Below, in pieces: positions 51,550 through 60,655 of a stretch of 64,000 nucleotides of DNA; within the stretch, counting starts at the first letter, position 1; each line of letters starts with the position of its first letter. The notes below the pieces were generated by a model. That model had not been told where the DNA came from. It did no database searches and saw only the letters and a list, made by a program, of their open reading frames with translations. This stretch comes from Geosiphon pyriformis uo1. Its lineage: Eukaryota > Fungi > Glomeromycota. The position numbers and the translations under genes are program-made. Location of the stretch: contig JAAOMT010000009.1 in the NCBI GenBank assembly GCA_016748015.1, positions 204,459-268,458 of the forward strand, written 5' to 3'.

Positions 51550-53061
51550 CTAGTAGTTGAAATTACCGTTGTGGTAGCCGTTGTCATTTCCCCAGTTGTA
51601 ATTTCCATTAGAAAGACCATTATAACTTCCATAGTTGTTGTTTCCGTTTGCTACTCCATTGCCACTTCCCCAGTTGGAATTTCCATTGAATTGGCCATTG
51701 CCATTTCCCCAGTTGCCATTACCATTGCCGACACCATTATAAACAGCTTGACGTTTGTAGTTGTTATTACCGTTGTAGTAGCCGTTGCCATTTCCCCAGT
51801 TGTAATTTCCATTAGAAACACCATTATAACTTCCATAGTTGCCATTTCCATTAGAAACACCATTATAACTACCCCAGTTGGAATTTCCATTGAATTGGCC
51901 ATTGCCATTTCCCCAGTTGCCATTACCATTGCCTACACCGTTACCAATAGCTTGACGTTTGTAGTTGTTATTACCGTTCCAGTAGCCGTTGCCATTTCCC
52001 CAGTTGTAATTTCCATTAGAAAGACCATTCAAACTTCCATAGTTGTTGTTTCCATTAGAATCACCATTAGAACTTCCCCAGTTGACATTTCCATTGAATT
52101 GGCCATTGCCATTTCCCCAGTTGCCATTACCATTGCCGACACCATTATAATAAGCTTGACGTTTGTAGTTGTTATTACCGTTCCAGTAGCCGTTGCCATT
52201 TCCCCAGTTGTAATTTCCATTAGAAAGACCATTCAAACTTCCATAGTTGTTGTTTCCATTAGAATCACCATTAGAACTTCCCCAGTTGACATTTCCATTG
52301 AATTGGCCATTGCCATTTCCCCAGTTGCCATTACCATTGCCGACACCATTATAATAAGCTTGACGTTTGTAGTTGTTATTACCGTTCCAGTAGCCGTTGC
52401 CATTTCCCCAGTTGTAATTTCCATTAGAAAGACCATTCAAACTTCCATAGTTGTTGTTTCCATTAGAATCACCATTAGAACTTCCCCAGTTGACATTTCC
52501 ATTGAATTGGCCATTGCCATTTCCCCAGTTGCCATTACCATTGCCGACACCATTATAATAAGCTTGACGTTTGTAGTTGTTATTACCGTTCCAGTAGCCG
52601 TTGCCATTTCCCCAGTTGTAATTTCCATTAGAAAGACCATTCAAACTTCCATAGTTGTTGTTTCCATTAGAATTACCATTGCCACTTCCCCAGTTGACAT
52701 TTCCATTGAATTGGCCATTGCCATCTCCCCAGTTGCCATTACCATTGCCGACACCATTATAAACAGCTTGACGTTTGTAGTTGTTATTACCGTTCCAGTA
52801 GCCGTTGCCATTTCCCCAGTTGTAATTTCCATTAGAAAGACCATTCAAACTTCCATAGTTGTTGTTTCCATTAGAATCACCATTAGAACTTCCCCAGTTG
52901 ACATTTCCATTGAATTGGCCATTGCCATTTCCCCAGTTGCCATTACCATTGCCGACACCATTATAATAAGCTTGACGTTTCTCCGAGGGAGCGGCGGAAG
53001 TAGCAAGAGAGAGAAGGGCAACACATGCCATCACAGATAGGGAAACCGATTTAATTGCCAT
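51550..53061 (-). CDS. Secreted Kex2-processed repeat protein (KEP-type precursor): signal peptide plus seven 66-aa Asn/Gly/aromatic-rich peptides separated by KR
   Basis: Intact 503-aa ORF: MAIKSVSLSVMACVALLSLATSA/APSEKR, then 7 x 68-aa (204-bp) units starting Q-A, each preceded by KR (29 + 7x68 - 2 = 503). Confidence 0.9.
   Translation of the reverse strand: MAIKSVSLSVMACVALLSLATSAAPSEKRQAYYNGVGNGNGNWGNGNGQFNGNVNWGSSNGDSNGNNNYGSLNGLSNGNYNWGNGNGYWNGNNNYKRQAVYNGVGNGNGNWGDGNGQFNGNVNWGSGNGNSNGNNNYGSLNGLSNGNYNWGNGNGYWNGNNNYKRQAYYNGVGNGNGNWGNGNGQFNGNVNWGSSNGDSNGNNNYGSLNGLSNGNYNWGNGNGYWNGNNNYKRQAYYNGVGNGNGNWGNGNGQFNGNVNWGSSNGDSNGNNNYGSLNGLSNGNYNWGNGNGYWNGNNNYKRQAYYNGVGNGNGNWGNGNGQFNGNVNWGSSNGDSNGNNNYGSLNGLSNGNYNWGNGNGYWNGNNNYKRQAIGNGVGNGNGNWGNGNGQFNGNSNWGSYNGVSNGNGNYGSYNGVSNGNYNWGNGNGYYNGNNNYKRQAVYNGVGNGNGNWGNGNGQFNGNSNWGSGNGVANGNNNYGSYNGLSNGNYNWGNDNGYHNGNFNY
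51553..52974 (-). repeat. Seven-copy 204-bp coding tandem repeat with a 39-bp (13-codon) sub-period
   Basis: Units 1, 3, 4 and 5 are identical in protein sequence; internal NGxxNGNxN[W/Y]Gxx motif. Confidence 0.95.
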
Positions 53062-53210
53062 TTTATTAAGTATCAGAAGAATGTTAAGGTTTAATTCGTT
53101 AGAGGAATATAGAAACAGAGGAGAGATTACAACCTAATTATTGGACAGATATGTAATTTTATCGAGAAGAACAATTCGATGAAGAAAGATAAAGGTTGAT
53201 TGATAGGGTC

Positions 53211-53218
53211 TTTATATA
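53211..53218 (-). promoter_or_regulatory. Putative TATA box of the repeat-peptide gene
   Basis: TATATAAA on the minus strand ~150 bp upstream of the ATG, followed by a pyrimidine-rich leader. Confidence 0.45.
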
Positions 53219-56200
53219 CTTGCGTTTTGAATTAAAATTAAAATTTTCATTTTTTGAACGAAAGATCGTTTTTGGAATATTAGAATATTAGATACCTGTA
53301 TTCTCCTAAAAAAAACCATGTAATCTTCCTTGATGCACATCTTATTGAAAGTGATCAGGGTTTAACAATAATGATCGATCGGAATTAAAAATTTTATTTT
53401 TCATTGTGGAAATAAAGGTCGGTAAGGGTGCATGCGTGTAGATTTGTAAGACCTCCCCAGATCAGGGGTAAATCAACAGAGATCGACTTCATTCTACAAT
53501 GAATTTTTATCAGAGTAAAAATTGTTACCAGTTACCCCCTAGAAAAATAAAAAGTAAATATGTTCTGTAATCGATTCCTCAGGAGCAAAAGAAAATGCGT
53601 CTTTGTGTATGTTCTTGGTTACTTCTGCCACCATTTTTCGATTTAACTGATGTTAAAAATTCTGATCAGAATATTAGTATAGATAGTGGAATGACCTCAC
53701 TTTGTTATAGCAAAAAAATATATATATATATATATACAATGTAATTTTTAATTAGAATTGAAAAATATATTATAAATTAATAAAAACACCTTACAAAAAT
53801 AATATTAAATGATTAAAAAATAAATCATAGTTTTAATAAATATTTTTTTTCATTTTTAAAAACACAATTGCAATTTTAATTGAAAATGTCGTTTTGTATT
53901 TAATGACATTTGTATTATCAAATATAATAATATAAAATTACAGTTTTGTTTAAATTTTAAATTTTAAATTATTATGTACAGGAAATGTTGTTACAAATAA
54001 TTTAAAATTTTTAACTTTTCACTTATTTCTTATCAATCTTTGGTTATCCAAACCTAATTGTTTTTTTTTTCAGAATGTGAAGGAGTTAGAGATTAGGTTA
54101 CTCATAATATTGATTCTTGCACAATTTCATTGTACAAATTATTTCTTAAAAATTAGAGATTCATGCCTATGCATAAAAATTGAAATTCTCGAAAGTGCGA
54201 TTGCACCAAAATTTTAATTATTCGGAATCTCCATTTTAAGAACAATCCAATATCGATATCTTTGTTAGCTACATGAATATGGAAATATAAATATTTGAGC
54301 CTGAATTTGATCTAAAGTCTAAAAACGAAAGAATTGTTAATTTTTTTACAAAGCCGGGTAGACCTAAATCAAGAATAAATGCATAAAATTGAATTCGAAA
54401 TGTGTCCATAATTAGACAAATGAGCCCAAGCCTGATCGGGAACCCTTGTCATTTATTCCCAACGTGTTCCTCAATAATAGATTCTATTTGAAATCAAAAC
54501 CTGATTTTTTCTTCCCGAAACTATAATCATAAATTACTTTTTGCCTATCTTAGTAAAAGGAATTTTACCCCAACAAGTAACTTGACCTCGTTTAAACAAT
54601 CTGAAAAGGTAAGTCAAAGTTTATGATCAAAAAGGGGTTGGGCTAATATCCGTGAAAATAAATAAGGTTATCCAACAAACCCCGCCTCAAAACCGACAGA
54701 TAATCAAAAAGTTCGATAAACAAAGAGTTATACAACAAAGATTTCTTTTGCTGTCTTATTTTTTTTGACATAAATTTGATTGCTAGGGTTATAAAGTTCG
54801 TGGCGTGATAATTCTGGTGTAAAAGAATAGCATCGAAAGCTTTGGATCATTATAATAGCTTATCAAGGGTACCCATTTTAAAGATCTAATTACAAATTTT
54901 ATCTGCAGAAGATAAGCTGAAAAATTACGCAATTCTTTGTTCTGATAACAACTTACAATTACAAAAAAGCTCGAAATTTTAAAAATTCATTTTTACAAAT
55001 AAGTTAATCGTAAGTTTGACATGTAAAAAACAATTGACCAAAGAAAAATTGTGCATGTTACTTAACATTAATTAATAAAAAACACGATTCACTATTAATT
55101 ATGTATGAATTTACTTTTTTTTAATAATAATATTTTTATCAATAAAAATGAATTAACAAACTTTTATTTTATTTAGCTTTTATCATTGATTAAAAAAATA
55201 AACAATTATAAGATGCTTTGTCAAAATATTAAAATAAATTTAATCAAAAAAAATTTTATAATTCATAAAATGCTTTTAATTAATTACGTAATATAACAAA
55301 TAATTGTGCAAGCAAATATTAATAAATTACTATATATTAAATTCAAAAATATAAAAAACTGCTCCAAAATTTTTTTACTAATATAAAAATTTGTATAATT
55401 GGTTTTTTTATAACAAACTTTTTTTTAAAAATATTATTTTGTAATAATTTTAACTTTACAAAAACAAATAAAACTATTTTTAAATAAATATTTATTATTA
55501 ATTAATATTTATTATTATTTTAACATTATTTAAAATTTTACAAATTACATTAATTATTCAATTTATTATTAATATAACATTTCAAATTTTACCTTAATTT
55601 ATAAATATAATTAAATATTAAAATTAAATTATTTATTATTTTAAAATAATACAATAAAAATTTTTTAAGTAATTTAAACTAAATTTTAATTAATTTTAAA
55701 CAGTTTAAATAAAAGTTTATTAAAATTTTTATAAAACCAAAAGTATTAAAACTTAGAATATTATTATATAAAAGTTGTATAAAAAATTTTTTTTTTTTCA
55801 AAAAAAAAATTTTTTGTTATTTAAAATAAATACGATTTATTAAGCCAATTTTTTTAATTTAATTATAATTAATAATAATTTTTTTTATTTTAGATTATTG
55901 GGCTTAAAATAAATAAATATTATAATTATTTTATAAAATTAATTTTTAAAACTCAAAAATAATAGTATAAAATTTGGAATTAAATTAATTAATTAATACC
56001 AATAGTATATAATTATTTAATTTAAAAAACAATGTATTGTTAATTAGTTTAAGTCTGCATTTTAATTGTCATGTATAATAAAAACTGTTTTGGTTTTAAA
56101 AATTTTAAAAAGTCAATTTCTTTCAAATAATAACAATTAAACTAATGTGTTTACAGTTGATAATTAAACAATTGTAAAATTATTAATTTTCAACAATAAA

Positions 56201-56682
56201 AAATAAAAGAAAATTCTTTTAATTAATTCTTGATAAAAAAAAAATTGTTAAAGTATAATAACAAATTTAAGCATGCTAATTTCTAATTAAACCTCAGTTT
56301 AAACCGGGAATTTTTATTTTTTAAAATCTTCGGATTTTGAGAACCTAAAACCTCTTTCTTTTAATTACGAGAACGTCTGTGTCAAATCACTCTATAGTAC
56401 TTGCTGCTTAATACTATTGACTAAACCAGCTTTTAAAAACCCAACACACTTTAAGTGTTTTTCAGTTTGTGAACGTTGTGAAACAGAATATAAACAGGTA
56501 AAGTCGTTTGTCACAGCAGATACCCAGGACGTTGTATTCGAGAGGTTCTTTATTAATTTGAGTGTCGTTAAAACATTAAGAGTTTCTGGGTTTGATAACG
56601 TCAGAGACAAAAGAAAGTTTTAGAGAAAGTAAATGCTGCTCGGCGTGTGGAATTGCGCCGTTCGTTCTTAGCATAGAATCCA

Positions 56683-57452
56683 ATGTCGAACAAACCAGTT
56701 GTGATGTTCCAAAAACCCAAAAATGTGAAGCACACTCTACCTGTTGTCGATCATATAAAATTCTCACCTGTACCTAAAGTTTCTGGTCTGGGTTTCCGGA
56801 CCAGCGATAACACCAATGTCACGGTCACAAAGTCACCGTTGTTGTGTGAATCGTGATTCAATGATTGGAAATTTCGTAGTGGATACGTTTAATTTGCATC
56901 CTAGGATGGTACCTTAGGTCCGGGATCTAGCTGACATGTAGGATAGATATGCAGTTGTAAGGGCTGCCGTTCTTTATGCGCCTGCCATCAACAAGTAATG
57001 ATAGCGTTTTCGTATGTTTTGACTACGAGGATCATGGAGGTCTTCCAACAGATATCATCGAAGCTCAGTCTATGAATCGTTTTATGTTGTGCCCGATTTG
57101 GTCTCACTCTCAGTGGTGCTCAGTACCTTCTGGACTGTTCAAAGGGAAAGTGTAAACGCAACAGTAATGTCGACTTCAATCTGTTCGTAGACGAGCAATG
57201 TATTGACCTCAGGCTGATCAAAGATATCATTCCAAACACCACTTTTACGGGAAAGACATCATTAAAGTTATCATTTACCCGTCACTGCAACATTAGAACT
57301 TTGTAATTTACCGATACCCACGACCCTCCAGGAGAGTAACTCACGAAGCGAAATCAACCAAATCGAAAAGAGTTGATCTTGATGAGTTTAGTCAATATAA
57401 AGATAAAGTTGACGATTTAATACGTCGTATGGGTGAAGTCAGTGATCAGTGA
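56683..57452 (+). pseudogene. Endogenous viral element: degraded jelly-roll capsid protein (S-domain, sobemo/tombus/barna-like)
   Basis: Manual translation across frameshifts: MSNKPVVMFQKPKNVK...FRTSDNTNVTVTKSPLLCE / FVVDTFNLHPRMVP*VRDLADM*DRYAVVRAAVLYAPAI / TSNDSVFVCFDYEDHGGLPTDIIEAQSMNRFMLCPIWSHSQ / SNVDFNLFV / VTATLELCNLPIPTTLQ. Motif order matches the S-domain as recalled. GC/CpG-rich island within AT-rich DNA. Confidence 0.65.
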
Positions 57453-58395
57453 CCTTAGAAAGAATTCCTGGTATGAAAATTACGTCTAAACGGATATTCT
57501 GAATTAAAATATTTTTGTAATGCATTTGAAATCTAATTTTTCACTGGTAAAACTGGTTTAAGTAATTAATCATGTGTTATATATAATGTGATTTGCATTT
57601 AATATATAATAATTACATTATACGAAATTAAGTAATATTTGTAAAACGATAAAAGAAAAACCTAATTAGTTTTTAATTATACAATTTTTTATTGTTTAAA
57701 AAGTTTGATTAATAATTTTTTAAAGAAATATCAAATTCTTATTATAAAAATAATAACTTAATTTAATTAATGAATTTACAAAAAAATATTAAACCAATTT
57801 AAAATATTTTAAATAATTAATTAATAAAAATTTAAAATAATTATCATAAAATTAATACATATATTTTTTTATTAGCTTTAAGAAATATAATAACTATTTT
57901 TTATACATGTAGAATTAAGTAATTTTACAAATAAGTACAATTTATGTAGTTTTAGCATAAAGCCAGTTTTTATTTTACTAAAGTAATTTACAAATGCATT
58001 GTTAATAATTGTAGATATTTATTTTTCTGTTATATTTTACAAATCTTATATATAATACAATTTTTTATAATTAATTATAATTGATTTAAAATTTTTAAGC
58101 ATTATTAATATGAGTAATATATATTTTTTTTTAACTGGTTAAAACTTTTAAGCAAATTAATTATATTATAAAATAAAACTTAATATTTATAACAAAATTT
58201 ATATTAATAACCAAAAAAAAAGTAATAAAATTTAATTTTTTAACCAAAAATCTCACAAAATTTGACAAATTTTACAACTTTAAATTTAATAATTCTAATT
58301 TTAATTTATATATTTTAATAAAAAAACTATCATAAAACTATATAATATTAAAAAATAATAATTTTAATATAAAATTTTTATTATTATTGTTAAAG

Positions 58396-60655
58396 TTTAA
58401 TGAACAAGACCCAACTACTATCTAATACAATATGACTATATAAAGTCTTAAATTAGATGTGACTTATGCATTTTTTATATGTAACCAGCTACTCGAGCCA
58501 GTTCAGACTATACTACATTAATGCACTAAAAGAAAACTTATCCAAAAACAATATCTTTTAAATAACAAGAAACAAAGTTACACTGCAAGAAACCAATCCA
58601 ACCAATCATTTGGCTGTTTTTAAAATATTAACTTTAACATCAATAGATTTATGTTCTCAAAGAGACATCAAGTTAGAAAACACTTTATCATCCAAACCAA
58701 TTGGGTGCTCTGAATTACCAGACATATTAATATTTTTCATACACCACTTTTTTTTTAAAGAAACCACTTCTTTTCCCAACTACCAACAATTTTACTAAAA
58801 GAATCCAAATATATCATAATCTCATTAACCTTAAGACCAAGTTTACTGCTTGAAACCAAATCTTCATTAATAAAATGTTTGAACAATTTGACCAAAGTAC
58901 TAACTGGTTTAACAATAGATTCAACCAAAGCAGAAAGCTTGACCAAATCAGACTTCAAAGAAGCCAACCAAGAAGACATCAAGAGATTATCAACAACTAT
59001 AGAAGGGGAAATAGGAGCTTTTAAGAAAAAAAACTCAGAAGAATCTAAAAAAACAAAAGCTTTTGCATAAGAAACACTATTTATAAAATGTGTTTTAAAC
59101 ATTTTGGGAGCCTTAGGAGGGGGAAGCAGAAAAACTTTGCAGTCAACAGTCAAATAGTCCACTTTTTGATACTTAAAACAGTGCTAACAACCAGGAATTT
59201 TTTATTAAATATGGCATTTTCTTAAGGTACCAGTTTTGATAACTGCAGAGTACAAATTAACTTGAAAACCAAATATAACCAGAGCAAACCAGGAATAATG
59301 ACCAGAATCAAACAAACAAGGAATGAAACAAGTCTGATCACTAATTTGAGAGATCATATCATTAATCTTAAAGACAGTACAGCCAAAAGGAAGATTAATC
59401 AACTTGGCCTTAAACCAATCACAAAACAAAATTGTCTTATTTTGATTGATAAGAAGAAGAATATAAACACTATTTTTGCCTACCAAAATTAACCAGTAAA
59501 TAAAAGCAGAAGCAGCAACATCCAATTTTTCAAAGTAAACAATCACATATTGCCAAATATTAGCAGATTTCAGCATAACATGAAAAACTTCACCAAAAAC
59601 ATTAAGAGCTGACTTAATATTAGCAGTAGACATACTCAAAGGCACATTACATAGCACAATAGCAGCAGGAGAAGAACTAAACTTAGAAACCACCAAAAAC
59701 TAGGCAACTTTAAGAAAAGCAAGATGAACAGAGCTTGTAAGCTCAACTAGAAATACAGTATTCAGAGAACTTAGAAAAGCAAACTCCATACAGAAGAGTT
59801 TCATATTGTCTTTAGAAACAGATTTTACACCCAAAAAACCATGTATAAACTGAAAAACAGCCTTAATATAAGCCAATTTGATCTTAAATAGCATCAAATA
59901 CTAGAATAAAAACCATTCACTTAGCAAATTTTTGATAATTAGCAATAGTTTCACAAGCACCACCAGCAACAGCACCAGAAACCAGAGGAGGAGATGATTC
60001 AATTTCTATTTGGTTAGTTCAGTTCTCAAAAACAGTAATATCACAGGAAATGATTGTTTTGCTTCTAAAACTAGTAAAAATATACCAAAAGACTCCATAT
60101 TTGGCAATACAGCCAGTAGTTAATCTTGGCCCATCTTAGATGATATGCTGGATAATGCTATAGAAATCTTATCTAAAATCTCATTGGGAACTACAAAAGA
60201 GTTTGGTGTAATAATAGCAGAGGCAAACAATTGCCTTTACTTTTCTGAACTTTTGGTCTTTTTGACCATTTTTTTGAAGAGAATGTACTAGCAGCACCAG
60301 ATGTTAAAGCTATGAAGGGAAATACTAGCTTGTTAACTGGTCTATTATTAAACACTTTTGGGCTCTTAATAGGAGTGGAGACAATACTAAAACTAATTCA
60401 AGTGTGTTTCTTTGAAAGAACTTTGACTGGTGAAAAACCAACTAAAGATGTAAAAGTTGCTTCAGTAACTATCAAAGGCAGCTTTTCACAATTACTAGGT
60501 AAAGAAAAGATTTCTAAAATATTCTGCTTAGTTGCTTCTACTACAGAAAGAGCTCCTCTGGTTGAAATTTTATTAGATATCTTAGGAAAGATATCAAATA
60601 CAGCTTTTTTATTCTTTGCTCTAATCATGGTTATTAAATTAAAGAGACAAAGAGC
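58396..60655 (-). mobile_element. Non-autonomous ORF1-only non-LTR element (~2.3 kb) carrying a LINE-like 3' tail
   Basis: ORF fragments 60398..60628, 59700..59897, 59205..59696 (AIVLCNVPLSMSTANIKSALNVFGEV...WQYVIVYFEK, homologous to LINE ORF1 VVIKEIPIGTSAKAVRTVLSEFGVI...WQKTVVEFEQ) and 58755..59162; 58396-58520 matches the LINE 3' UTR ending CTTGTTCATTAAA; no ORF2. Confidence 0.75.

Noticed and set aside
51508-53040. 510-aa Ile/Val/Ala/Thr-rich ORF on the + strand, and alternative-frame MVFLMEITTGEM ORFs on the - strand
   Set aside because: Shadows of the AAT/GGN-rich repeat gene; only the 51550..53061 frame has a signal peptide and regular KR sites
51550-53061. Dikaritin/ustiloxin-type RiPP cluster, or a pheromone precursor
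   Set aside because: Cores are 66 aa, far longer than such peptides, and no DUF3328, tyrosinase or transporter gene is in the window
53717-53736. (TA)n microsatellite
   Set aside because: Ordinary simple repeat in AT-rich intergenic DNA
56347-56360. AAAACCTCTTTCTT at the left edge of the viral island resembling the LINE 5' end (AAAACCTCTTCTT)
   Set aside because: Too short and low-complexity; no poly(A) or TSD found on the right side to support LINE-mediated integration
57088-57306. Frame reading CARFGLTLSGAQYLLDCSKGK as a glycosyltransferase-25-like fragment
   Set aside because: Weak single-motif resemblance; the overlapping frame (FMLCPIW) fits a long collinear capsid motif series better
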